A stretch of DNA of 54,369 bases from a virus (Duplodnaviria; Caudoviricetes), in IMG/VR virus record IMGVR_UViG_3300036820_000024, positions 1 to 54,369 of that record, one strand, 5' to 3'. The number at the start of each line of letters is the position of its first letter. Position 1 is the stretch's first letter. Positions 19,172-28,143 of the stretch are shown piece by piece. Both the position numbers and the translations under genes were made by a program. Under the pieces are notes generated by a model. That model made no database searches. It was not told the DNA's origin and saw only the letters and a list, made by a program, of their open reading frames with translations.

Positions 19172-19216
19172 AATACAGGGGCCGAAAGGCCCTTTGCCAG
19201 TAAAAAACAAATCATT

Positions 19217-19375
19217 ATGCAACTCACATTTAAACAGTATGACATAGCCAAAACCTTAAGGGCTAATTATGATTATATCGAAAAGCTGGCGGCGATCAAA
19301 TTTATAAAATCCATTTTCGGCACGACTGCCAGCCTTAAGGATATAATTATAGCTTATAATTCACTTGAATATTAA
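19217..19375 (+). CDS. Small hypothetical protein (52 aa, missing from the ORF track)
   Basis: AAACAAATCATTATG start context; MQLTFKQYDIAKTLR...; fills the gap. Confidence 0.6.
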   Translation: MQLTFKQYDIAKTLRANYDYIEKLAAIKFIKSIFGTTASLKDIIIAYNSLEY

Positions 19376-19381
19376 AAAACC

Positions 19382-20119
19382 ATGAACCCGAAAGCGCTAA
19401 AATATTTCATTGAAAACCGGGCTTTGTTCGTCATTAATCACAGCGGCGGCAAGGATAGCCAGGCAATGACGGCTTATTTACGATCAATCATACCCGCCGA
19501 GTTATTGGTGGTTATACACGCCCATTTGCCCGGCGTCGAGTGGGAGGGCGTTCGTGAGCACATACAGGACACAACCCAGGGATTGCCATATTACGAGGTA
19601 AGGGCCGTTAAAACCTTTATGGATATGGTTTTGCACAGGGGCAAATGGCCGGGTGCCGCTCAACGTCAATGCACAAGCGATTTAAAACGCGACCCAATAG
19701 ATAAGCAAATTCGGGCAATCGCAAAAGAGCGCGGTTGTAAACTAATTATTTCGTGTATGGGATTACGTGCCCAGGAAAGCACAAGCCGGGCAAAACAACC
19801 CCTGTTTAAAATGAGCAAACGCAACTCGAGGGCCGGGCGCAAATGGTATAATTTTAACCCTATTCATAGCTGGGATATAAACGACGTTTGGGCCGCGATC
19901 ACAGCAGCGGGCCAAAAAAGACATTGGGCATACGACGCCGGTATGAGCCGGTTAAGTTGCTGTTTTTGTATCCTGGCTAACAAAGCCGATTTAGCGACCG
20001 CCAAAAGATTGCGGCCCGAACTTTTCGCCAAATACGTTGCGGTTGAGAAACAAATAAATCACAGCTTTATTTCACCCCAGCGCGGGCACCCTGTTAAATT
20101 TTTGGACGAGATAATTTAA
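19382..20119 (+). CDS. PAPS reductase family (PP-loop) protein
   Basis: SGGKDS, CT..LK..P, GLRAQES..RA, PI..W...VW, RLSCCFC. Confidence 0.88.
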   Translation: MNPKALKYFIENRALFVINHSGGKDSQAMTAYLRSIIPAELLVVIHAHLPGVEWEGVREHIQDTTQGLPYYEVRAVKTFMDMVLHRGKWPGAAQRQCTSDLKRDPIDKQIRAIAKERGCKLIISCMGLRAQESTSRAKQPLFKMSKRNSRAGRKWYNFNPIHSWDINDVWAAITAAGQKRHWAYDAGMSRLSCCFCILANKADLATAKRLRPELFAKYVAVEKQINHSFISPQRGHPVKFLDEII

Positions 20120-20136
20120 TTTTCTACCTTAGCGGA

Positions 20137-20188
20137 AGTTTAATAATAGGGGCATTTTGGAGGCCTGGGCGATTGTCCAGGCTTTTTT
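20137..20188 (+). ncRNA. Candidate antisense sRNA2 targeting structural-gene start regions
   Basis: TACCTTAG promoter variant at 20125; no ORF; terminator at 20163-20188; 13-nt perfect complement to 12085-12097. Confidence 0.5.
20163..20188 (+). terminator. Intrinsic terminator
   Basis: GCCTGGGC-gatt-GTCCAGGC-TTTTTT. Confidence 0.8.
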
Positions 20189-20198
20189 ATTTCAAAAA

Positions 20199-20243
20199 GT
20201 TTCGATATAAGTTTAATATTTGTTTTATTTGTGTTTAAAATAA
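20199..20243 (+). promoter_or_regulatory. Operator family B array upstream of the HTH gene
   Basis: GTTT boxes at 20199, 20211, 20222 and 20233; GTTTAAAATAA at 20233. Confidence 0.6.
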
Positions 20244-20254
20244 ACATTTATAAA

Positions 20255-20524
20255 ATGGGTAGAAACCGAACCGCCGCGTATGAGCGGACAATATCAGCCG
20301 AATTGCTGGCCGTATGGAATAAATACCGACGCAATCACGACGGCGAAACGATTAGCCAAAAATTAGGTTACTCGAGGCCCGTAATAGACAGGGCGTTAAA
20401 CTATGGCTATGTAAAAACCCAAAACCTTACCGAGCAAATCAGCAAATTTTTTTCTGACCGCTTAACCCAGGAACGGGAAACCGCCGCCACTATGGAAAGC
20501 GAATTAAACAACAATCAATCTTAA
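20255..20524 (+). CDS. Small HTH DNA-binding protein
   Basis: GETISQKLGYSRPVIDRALN helix-turn-helix; ATG at 20255. Confidence 0.65.
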   Translation: MGRNRTAAYERTISAELLAVWNKYRRNHDGETISQKLGYSRPVIDRALNYGYVKTQNLTEQISKFFSDRLTQERETAATMESELNNNQS

Positions 20525-20529
20525 AACTT

Positions 20530-21393
20530 ATGGAGTACACACAAGACACCGAGCACACCGACGACGCTAACAACAACGTAAACGAGGCGGCGTTAAGTCG
20601 GTTTGTAAAGGCCGAGATTGATATGCAAATATCAACCGCAAAGGCTTACCCCCGTTCGATCACGAATTTTAAAAAACGTTCCCTTAGTTTGGCAACCGTA
20701 AACGAGGACGTCGCCCAAAGTTGTACATACGCGTTACCCCGAAAAGAGAAACAACCCGACGGTACGTTTAAGGTAAAAACCATTGAAGGCCCCTCCGTTC
20801 GCCTGGCTGAAATTGTCGTAAGCGCTTACGGTAATTTGCGGGCCGGTGCCCGTGTGGTGGATAACGACGGGCGTATGATCACGGCGCAAGGCGTTTGCCA
20901 CGACCTGGAAAGTAACACGGTCGTTACCTTTGAGGTTAAGCGTCGTATTACGGACAAATTCGGGAGGACCTTTAACGACGACATGCAAGTGGTTACCGGC
21001 AACGCGGCGTGTGCAATAGCTTTTCGTAATGCCGTGTTTAAAGTTATCCCTATGGCATTGATACACGACGTTTGGGACGATGTTAAACGCGTTGCCCTGG
21101 GTAATGCCGAGACGTTGGTGCGTCGCCGTGATAAAGCCGTTTTGTACTTTACAGATCAAAACATTACACCGGTGCAAATTTGCGACGTGCTCAACATTAA
21201 AGCGATTGAGGATATCGACCTGGATAAGCTGGGGGTATTGTCCGGGATGAAAGCGGCCCTAAAAAACGGGGAGGCCTTACTGGCTGATTTGTTTGCGCCA
21301 AAGTCAACCGAGGCCGATAAAAAAGAGGCTGGCAACAAAGCCGCCGCCGCTACCAAAAAAATTATAAAAAAGAAATCGGGCGCAAATGGCTGA
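20530..21393 (+). CDS. Conserved-looking phage protein, possible recombination/annealing partner
   Basis: AEIDMQISTAKAYPRS and IEGPSVRLAE motifs; upstream of the YqaJ exonuclease gene. Confidence 0.5.
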   Translation: MEYTQDTEHTDDANNNVNEAALSRFVKAEIDMQISTAKAYPRSITNFKKRSLSLATVNEDVAQSCTYALPRKEKQPDGTFKVKTIEGPSVRLAEIVVSAYGNLRAGARVVDNDGRMITAQGVCHDLESNTVVTFEVKRRITDKFGRTFNDDMQVVTGNAACAIAFRNAVFKVIPMALIHDVWDDVKRVALGNAETLVRRRDKAVLYFTDQNITPVQICDVLNIKAIEDIDLDKLGVLSGMKAALKNGEALLADLFAPKSTEADKKEAGNKAAAATKKIIKKKSGANG

Positions 21394-21607
21394 TTGTTTA
21401 ACAGTCCTTCGTGAGGTTATCGCTAACAACCCCGAGGGTATCGTCATACATTGCCCCGATATTACCGAAATCCTGGACGCGCTCAACGAGCCGCCGGGCT
21501 TTTCTTTTGTTGCTAAAAATATTCCCGACGAGTACATCAGTAAACAGGGGTATAACTGGCAACGCAAAAACAAACGAAAATACGTTATATGGAAACCAAA
21601 AAATTAA
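21386..21607 (+). CDS. Hypothetical protein
   Basis: Overlapping operon packing. Confidence 0.6.
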   Translation: MADCLTVLREVIANNPEGIVIHCPDITEILDALNEPPGFSFVAKNIPDEYISKQGYNWQRKNKRKYVIWKPKN

Positions 21608-21855
21608 GGTCGGTATTGTTCCGTGTGTGGATACCGGCACATTACCAACCCGTTGAGGGCGCTCCCGATCAACCCGAAATTATCCCAGGTACCAACGAGT
21701 GGAGCGACTTTGTAAAACCCGGCTCGTTTCATTGCTGGGGGCAATCTTATTTTTACGAACGTGATCAAATCGTGCAGCATACCGTTGCCATTATCGAGGA
21801 CAGAAACGGTTTTGTTTATGAGTTGACGAGCGATAAATTTAAGTTTGCGGTATGA
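21589..21855 (+). CDS. Hypothetical protein
   Basis: G.FH.WG...TVAIIED..G.V pattern. Confidence 0.65.
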   Translation: METKKLRSVLFRVWIPAHYQPVEGAPDQPEIIPGTNEWSDFVKPGSFHCWGQSYFYERDQIVQHTVAIIEDRNGFVYELTSDKFKFAV

Positions 21856-22124
21856 AGGGAAAACCACAAAATAAGAGTTGCCCCGTTTGTGGGCACCCGT
21901 TGGATATTGATACCTATGTGCCGGGTCAACCCGAACCGGTCGAGATCGAACCAGGAGACATTACATTTTGTTTTGAGTGTAGGACGATTTTTGTTTTTAA
22001 CCTGGCTTTAAACATAGTTTTACCCGACGAGCAAACGTTACACAAGATTGCACACGACCCCGATTTTTACCGTTTCGTCGATCAAATAGATACGGCCCGT
22101 AAGAACAAAATAAACCTTAACTAA
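21852..22124 (+). CDS. Zinc-ribbon protein
   Basis: CPVC and CFEC. Confidence 0.65.
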   Translation: MKGKPQNKSCPVCGHPLDIDTYVPGQPEPVEIEPGDITFCFECRTIFVFNLALNIVLPDEQTLHKIAHDPDFYRFVDQIDTARKNKINLN

Positions 22125-23134
22125 TGAAAAGTAATTTACAGTTTATCAGTACGCAAAACATGAATTACGACGCCTGGCTTCGGTATCGTAAATCAGGCGT
22201 CGGCGCTTCCGAGGTTGGCGCAATCCTGGGATTAAGCCCGTACTCCTCGAGTATTGAGTTATTTTATGACAAGATCGGCGAACAAATAAAATATAACCCG
22301 GAAAACATTTTTATGTTTATGGGCAAAGAGCAGGAAGCATTTATTGCCAAACTTTGGCAATATTGGGACGGTAGCGAGGAGGGAATGATGGCAAATTACC
22401 GTGCCGGCACTATCGTACGCCGCTGCCAGCGCGTAAAGGCCTATGTACGTAACCCGCGTTTTCCCTGGTTATTTGTGTCCCTGGATAGGAAAATAAATAA
22501 ATACGACGGTCGAGGGGAGGGCGCGCTCGAGATCAAAACAATAGGCGGTTACGAGGCTGATAAATGGGAGGGCGGTATCCCGCCGTCGCACGTCGTCCAG
22601 GTGCAAACACAATGCGCCGTTTTGGAGTTTATATTCGGCGAACTGGCAACCCTTAAGGACGGGCGAAGGTTTGACGTTATCCCGTTCGATGTTAATAAAG
22701 AGATCACCGAGGCAATTATAGACCAAACGGGCGACTTTTGGAAACGGGTAACCAAAGCCAGGGAATTGTTAACCGCAAAGTATCACGCGGGGACAAAGTT
22801 TAATTACCGCCTCGTTGACGAACTTACCTCCCAGCTGGCCGAACTCGAGCCGAGCGCCGACAACTCAACCGCTTACGCTGACTTCATTACATCAAAGTTT
22901 GACAGGTCGAGCGCCGGGCATAGGTCCGGAACTTTAAAAGAATTGAACGACGCAACCAGGCACAAAGAGATCGGCGGCGAAATAACAGCCCTCGAGGATA
23001 AACGCCGTTTGTTTGAAAACAAGCTGAAGCGATCAATGGGCGACGTCGAGCGGCTTACATTTGGGGACGCCGGTTTTGTTTCCTGGAAATCTGACGTTAA
23101 CGGAGCGCGTCGTTTTATTAACAAAATCAACTAA
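22124..23134 (+). CDS. YqaJ/lambda-exonuclease family protein
   Basis: WL..RK.GVGASE...ILG.SPY, SLD, LEIKT, QVQ. Confidence 0.9.
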   Translation: MKSNLQFISTQNMNYDAWLRYRKSGVGASEVGAILGLSPYSSSIELFYDKIGEQIKYNPENIFMFMGKEQEAFIAKLWQYWDGSEEGMMANYRAGTIVRRCQRVKAYVRNPRFPWLFVSLDRKINKYDGRGEGALEIKTIGGYEADKWEGGIPPSHVVQVQTQCAVLEFIFGELATLKDGRRFDVIPFDVNKEITEAIIDQTGDFWKRVTKARELLTAKYHAGTKFNYRLVDELTSQLAELEPSADNSTAYADFITSKFDRSSAGHRSGTLKELNDATRHKEIGGEITALEDKRRLFENKLKRSMGDVERLTFGDAGFVSWKSDVNGARRFINKIN

Positions 23135-23203
23135 GTTATTAGCAACTTATAACTTTTTTATAAACAGGGTTTTTAACCTCTTTTTTATTTGGACTTTTAA
23201 ATT

Positions 23204-24142
23204 ATGCTTAACGGTTACAACCTTAGTAAACAATGGTTTGATTTTGCGTTTGAGAACCCGCGCCTGGTTAAGCCAGTACACGGGATTTTGTATTTATGGT
23301 GTGTGGAAAAAAACAACCGTTTGGGCTGGGTAAAAGAGTTTCAGTTACCAACGGACGAGGGTATGCAAGCCGTCGGCGTAAAGGACAAAGAGACGTTTTT
23401 AAAAGCCTTAAAAGATTTGGCAACCTGGGGGGCGCTTAAGATATTGCAAGAAAGTAAAAATATTTATTCGGCCCGATATATCACGTTACACGATTGTTTT
23501 TTGTCGGCTGAAGGCTCGTTAACAGATGCCGTTTACCGTACGGAAAAATCGGACGGCATAACCGACGCTATATCGGACGGCTTACCCGATGCCATACAGG
23601 ACGCCATACCCACAACTATACCCCAGGGCACACCAACCAATAGTAAACGTAAAACTGTTAAACCTAAAACTAACAAACTGCAAACTACAAACACCTCCCC
23701 GCCGCTAATCGCGACGGGCGGCGAAAAGGAACTATTTACCCCGTGTAAAAATGACTTTATAAAATTTTACAAAACAAAATTTTTGACCGAATATTATTTT
23801 ACCGCAATGGATGCGGCGAAACTTAAGAGCGTGTTAAAAAAGATCGTTTATAAGATCAAAGAAAAATTTGCTGGGCAAAGGGAAAGTTTCGATTTGCCCG
23901 AGGTACAAAAAGCGTTTACCTGGTTTTATACCCAGGCACACGAACATGGGGGCACCTGGATTGTTTCAAATTACAGTCTTAAGAACCTCGACACTCAATT
24001 TAATGAACTATATACAGCAATCGTAAATGGAAAATCAAAACAACCAGCTGCCAGCGGCACAAAACAACGGGGTAACGGTCACGCCTCAAATGAAGCCATT
24101 ATCAACGCGCTACATAAACGCACTAACGGGCCGGGACAATGA
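23204..24142 (+). CDS. Replication initiator-like protein (N-terminal wHTH, repeat linker)
   Basis: ILYLWCVEKNNRLGW...F.LP; central tetrapeptide repeats; basic linker. Confidence 0.65.
   Translation: MLNGYNLSKQWFDFAFENPRLVKPVHGILYLWCVEKNNRLGWVKEFQLPTDEGMQAVGVKDKETFLKALKDLATWGALKILQESKNIYSARYITLHDCFLSAEGSLTDAVYRTEKSDGITDAISDGLPDAIQDAIPTTIPQGTPTNSKRKTVKPKTNKLQTTNTSPPLIATGGEKELFTPCKNDFIKFYKTKFLTEYYFTAMDAAKLKSVLKKIVYKIKEKFAGQRESFDLPEVQKAFTWFYTQAHEHGGTWIVSNYSLKNLDTQFNELYTAIVNGKSKQPAASGTKQRGNGHASNEAIINALHKRTNGPGQ
23549..23692 (+). repeat. 12-bp and about 7-bp tandem repeats in the initiator gene (candidate origin)
   Basis: DGIT/DAIS/DGLP/DAIQ/DAIP, then repeated AAAC units. Confidence 0.5.
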
Positions 24143-24677
24143 GCATATCCAGGATAAGAAAGTATTAACAGGGGCGCTAATTTACGGCGACAAGCCAAAT
24201 TTTCCCGCTATACTTAACAACGGTACCCAATTGTCGGTATTAAAAAATGAATTGGGTTTAGATTATAGCGCGTCTATACTGGCTTTAATGATCGGGGATT
24301 TTTGCAGCAACTTTAATACGCGTTTTCCCATGAGCGCCGAACAAATAGCCGATTTTGCAATAGAGCTGTTAACGGATTATTGGACATACCGCCTCGAGGA
24401 CTTTGTGGCGTTTTTCGCCCTGGCAAAGCGCGGCAATTTTGGCAAGGTTTACGACCGCATAGACGCCGCCGTTATTTTAACGTTCTTGGGGGAATATAAC
24501 AAACACAGGGAAAGCAATTTAATTGAAAGCCAAATGTATTTTACCCAACACGAAAAGGGTTACCGTGATCGGCCCGAGGGCGACGGCGTTACGGGACTGG
24601 CCGGTGCCTTCAGCGAGGTTAAAAAATTGGCTGGCTTTAACAAAGATCAAATTAACCGCTTAGACCCGGGAGAATGA
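24027..24677 (+). CDS. DUF6633-like replication accessory protein
   Basis: QI..FA..L...Y..Y.LED...FF..AKRG.FGK.YDRID...I...L..Y. Confidence 0.65.
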   Translation: MENQNNQLPAAQNNGVTVTPQMKPLSTRYINALTGRDNEHIQDKKVLTGALIYGDKPNFPAILNNGTQLSVLKNELGLDYSASILALMIGDFCSNFNTRFPMSAEQIADFAIELLTDYWTYRLEDFVAFFALAKRGNFGKVYDRIDAAVILTFLGEYNKHRESNLIESQMYFTQHEKGYRDRPEGDGVTGLAGAFSEVKKLAGFNKDQINRLDPGE

Positions 24678-25027
24678 AAAAAAATAACGACGACACCCCT
24701 ACAACCTTTTTAAATTGGTTTTATCAGCAACGGGAGCCACAATTCAAGATTTTGGATAACGAAACGGTTGATACCTGGGGGGATAAGATAGCCGACCAGG
24801 CACGTAAAGGCGCGGCCCTGGGTAAGGATTGCGGTAAAATGTGCAAGGATTGTGCGTTTAACAACAATCAACCGCACACAATAGATTATTTGGAAAGTGT
24901 GGACGGGGCCGTGCTGATGCTCGTAAGCGAAGGGCGGTTTAATTGCCATACCCCGGACGGCGGGGACGCTCATAAGCCTTGCGCCGGTTTTCTTTATGCC
25001 AAAGAACATTTAAACTCAATCGAATGA
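24674..25027 (+). CDS. Cys/His metal-binding hypothetical protein
   Basis: CKDCAF...FNCH...PCAG. Confidence 0.65.
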   Translation: MKKNNDDTPTTFLNWFYQQREPQFKILDNETVDTWGDKIADQARKGAALGKDCGKMCKDCAFNNNQPHTIDYLESVDGAVLMLVSEGRFNCHTPDGGDAHKPCAGFLYAKEHLNSIE

Positions 25028-25452
25028 AACCACGTACAGATCTTATGACGAGCGCCGAGTATTTGGCACACATGGCAGCAAAAGCCCTAAAGCCCAGCAA
25101 ATACGGCAACAAATGGGTTAAGGTTGACGGTCAAAATTTCCAGTCACAAGCCGAGGCCGACCGATACATGGTTTTAAACAATTGGGTACGTATGGGCATT
25201 ATATTGCCCTTTGAACGGCAAAAACTGTTTAAGCTAATTATTAACGGCACAATGATAACGACATATCGTTGTGATTTTTATTACAAGACACCCGAGGGCG
25301 GGCACGTCGTCGAGGACGTTAAAGGATTTATAACGGAGGAGTACCTGATTAAAAAAAGGTTAATGAAAGTCATTTACGGCGTTGAGATCAAAGAACCCAA
25401 TTTGGCAACGCCCGCCACAAAACGATCACGCAAAAGATATTTTAAGAAATAA
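25024..25452 (+). CDS. DUF1064 family PD-(D/E)xK nuclease (putative resolvase)
   Basis: SKYGN...VDG..F.S..EA.RY, Y.CDF.Y, VVEDVKG..T..Y.IKK.LM. Confidence 0.85.
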   Translation: MKPRTDLMTSAEYLAHMAAKALKPSKYGNKWVKVDGQNFQSQAEADRYMVLNNWVRMGIILPFERQKLFKLIINGTMITTYRCDFYYKTPEGGHVVEDVKGFITEEYLIKKRLMKVIYGVEIKEPNLATPATKRSRKRYFKK

Positions 25453-25494
25453 ATTTAATATGAGTTTAAAAAAAGTTTAAAATAAATATATTTG
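25453..25494 (+). promoter_or_regulatory. Operator family B array plus TATATTTG promoter
   Basis: Boxes at 25453, 25464 and 25475; TATATTTG at 25487. Confidence 0.6.
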
Positions 25495-25520
25495 TCACTT
25501 AATTAATCGCTACAATCATT

Positions 25521-26954
25521 ATGAACGAAAACAAACCTGGGGACACCAACGCCCCCGCTATGCCGGGCGACGACCTTACGATCACCCCGCACGTCGAACT
25601 AATTACGGTCGATCAACAAATTAAAAACGAGGTTGCAAAAATTGACGTATCAAAACAGGCGGTTGCCTCTTTTGTGCGAAAATTTGGCGCTCTTAAAATT
25701 GCGGACGTTAACGACGTCGCCGGTTATAAAGCCGTTGACGAGGCCCGAAAATTGGTTAAGAAAAAAGCTATTGCGGTCGAGGGAAAAACAAAGCAACTTA
25801 ACGAGGATTATTTAAAAATAATCAACGGAGTAAGGCTTTACGGTAAATCATTATCCGAACCGCTGCGCAAATTGGAGGACGAACTGGACGCAAAATTAAA
25901 AGTCATTGACGACGAAAAGGTCCAAATTGAAACCGAGCGCCTCGAGGCCGAGACAAAAAAAGCAAACCAGCGCGTCGAGGATTTGATCGCCGCCGGGATT
26001 GCGTTTAATGGCAGATATTACGCCATAGGCGACACAATCAGCGTCGATATTATTACCCTTAAGGCAATGACGGACGACGAGTTTACGGCGCTGCAAAATT
26101 CCGTAATCCTGGAAAAAACCCGCATTGACGACCGGGAAACCGAGCGCCTCGAGGCCGAGCGAAAGCAAAAGGAAGCCGACGAACTATTGCGACAACAAAA
26201 CGAGGACAAACAAAAGGAACTCGACGAGCAACAAAAAAAGATTGATCAACAGCTGGCAGAAATTGCCGAGTTTAAACTCCAGCAAAAAAAGATCGAAACA
26301 AACCGCCGGGCTGGCTTATTGTTGGAACTCGGTTTATTATCCCTGGCAACAACCAGCGGGGCCGTTGTGTACCGACTGGACACCAAAAGCGGGGCAGTTG
26401 AGGTATCGCTGGCAGACGTTGAGGACTTAAGCCCGGACGACTGGCAAAAGAGGCTCGAGGGCGTACAAAAATTATCCCGTGAGATCACGGCAAAAGAGTT
26501 GACCAGGATAAACGAGGAAACCGCCGCCGCCAACCAATACGACTCCCGTGTCGCCCAGCTTAAGGCGCTCGAATTGGTGCCGATGCCAGGGGCATACGGT
26601 ATTTATCACGACGTTACGGAAGCCCTGTTTAAGATCGACGAGACCGAAATAAAAACCTTTGACGCCGACCAATGGGTAGCGGCTTTAAAGCGGCTTAAAA
26701 CCTGGAAACAAAACCAGGACGCCGAAGGCATTAAGATCACAAAGCAACTCGAAACCCTGGTAGAAACCAAACGTAAAAACGGGCAATCTGATTTTACCAA
26801 CATAAGCGAGTTTAATAGTGCTATGTTGTTGAGCCTGGGCGAAGCGCCAAAACTTAAGCGGGCCGATATGCAAGCCCTTATGGACACGTTTATTAAAAAG
26901 GTAAAAGGGGCGTTATCCGATCTAACACTCGAGGCCGAAAAACTAAGTAAATAA
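25521..26954 (+). CDS. Long coiled-coil protein
   Basis: 477 aa, E/K/Q-rich helical sequence. Confidence 0.75.
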   Translation: MNENKPGDTNAPAMPGDDLTITPHVELITVDQQIKNEVAKIDVSKQAVASFVRKFGALKIADVNDVAGYKAVDEARKLVKKKAIAVEGKTKQLNEDYLKIINGVRLYGKSLSEPLRKLEDELDAKLKVIDDEKVQIETERLEAETKKANQRVEDLIAAGIAFNGRYYAIGDTISVDIITLKAMTDDEFTALQNSVILEKTRIDDRETERLEAERKQKEADELLRQQNEDKQKELDEQQKKIDQQLAEIAEFKLQQKKIETNRRAGLLLELGLLSLATTSGAVVYRLDTKSGAVEVSLADVEDLSPDDWQKRLEGVQKLSREITAKELTRINEETAAANQYDSRVAQLKALELVPMPGAYGIYHDVTEALFKIDETEIKTFDADQWVAALKRLKTWKQNQDAEGIKITKQLETLVETKRKNGQSDFTNISEFNSAMLLSLGEAPKLKRADMQALMDTFIKKVKGALSDLTLEAEKLSK

Positions 26955-27007
26955 CAAATTATCAAATCAGCCTCCGCGTAAACCACGCGGGGGCATAACC
27001 ATTTTTT

Positions 27008-27301
27008 ATGAACACCGACCAGTTAAAAAGAGGTAATGAGATTACCGAAAGTATTGCCAAATTAAAAAAACACCGCAAAGAGGTTTTAGAGATACTTTGC
27101 GGCACAAACGCTCCCGCGTACGTCTCGGAGGATAAAATAGAGGCCCGACACTTTGAAATAAAAATCAATTGTACGACGCTCGGGCCTGTTAAGCTGGCAA
27201 AAGAATGTTTTATAATTGACCCCGTGCGGGCTATGAAAATTTATTTGGAGGAAATCGACAAAGAGGTCGCCGCCAAAGAAACCGAATTTAGTAAACTTTA
27301 A
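27008..27301 (+). CDS. Hypothetical protein
   Basis: ORF ending ...LEEI.KE...KE.EF.KL. Confidence 0.7.
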   Translation: MNTDQLKRGNEITESIAKLKKHRKEVLEILCGTNAPAYVSEDKIEARHFEIKINCTTLGPVKLAKECFIIDPVRAMKIYLEEIDKEVAAKETEFSKL

Positions 27302-27312
27302 AAACCAATTTT

Positions 27313-27816
27313 ATGAACTTTAACGAGATAACCGCTCCCGAGTTGAGCGGCAAGCAAAAAGAAAACGACGACCGTTTTAACCTGGCTTATGAGGGCCTTA
27401 AGTCCTGGGAATTTACCGGAACCGCAAAGGACGACGCAATTATTTGTTTACAACTTATAACAACCCAGGACGGCCCCGAGCAAAAATATAAACTGGAGGG
27501 TATGGTTGCGGGCGACGACGAGGCAATCGGGGCGCTATTGGTACACGCCGGTTTAAAGCAATGGGTTGTCGGGGACATTATCCTGGCAGCTGCGGAATTA
27601 ATCAAAGAGCAACGCGCCCAGGGCGGGCCCCCGGTTGACGCTATCCTGGCAGCGGTAAAACGAATGTTTCCGGGCGCTGATGTTAAATTAATGAGCGTCG
27701 CCGCGTTACCGTTCGTCCCTGGGGGTTTTCCAGGATCTACACCTGGCGACGCTTGCCCTTGCCCCGTGTGTGTCGCGAGACGCGAAAGCAACAAAAAAAA
27801 CACTAACGTTAATTAA
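27313..27816 (+). CDS. Hypothetical protein with C-terminal CxCxxC
   Basis: CPCPVCVARR. Confidence 0.65.
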   Translation: MNFNEITAPELSGKQKENDDRFNLAYEGLKSWEFTGTAKDDAIICLQLITTQDGPEQKYKLEGMVAGDDEAIGALLVHAGLKQWVVGDIILAAAELIKEQRAQGGPPVDAILAAVKRMFPGADVKLMSVAALPFVPGGFPGSTPGDACPCPVCVARRESNKKNTNVN

Positions 27817-27817
27817 C

Positions 27818-28132
27818 ATGCACTATACCGAAAGTCACATACAAAAGCTAATCGGGGGCGTTTTGCCATACTTGAATAAAACCCCCACGATGCGTAAAAA
27901 GGTAACCAGGTCCGGGCACGAATTGATCGCCGCCGGTATCTATAAAACCGAAAGCGGCAAGCCGATTGCCAGGGGGCAACAATACCCGGTTTTTGAAAAC
28001 GTGCCGGTCGCCATTAACCACGAAAAACATTTACGCAAACTGATTAAAAACGCAAAAACCGAGAAAGCCATGACGGACGCCGTGGGTACTTATATGGCAA
28101 AGCACGGTTTTAAACCAACAACGCAACAATAA
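27818..28132 (+). CDS. Hypothetical protein
   Basis: ATG at 27818; ...INHEKHLRK. Confidence 0.65.
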   Translation: MHYTESHIQKLIGGVLPYLNKTPTMRKKVTRSGHELIAAGIYKTESGKPIARGQQYPVFENVPVAINHEKHLRKLIKNAKTEKAMTDAVGTYMAKHGFKPTTQQ

Positions 28133-28143
28133 ATTTAACCATA

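Noticed and set aside
20130-20160. Minus-strand 8-codon ORF MPLLLNFR
   Set aside because: Too short, no promoter seen on that strand, and the terminator faces the plus strand
26970-26996. GC hairpin as a terminator
   Set aside because: No U-tract; may only stabilise mRNA
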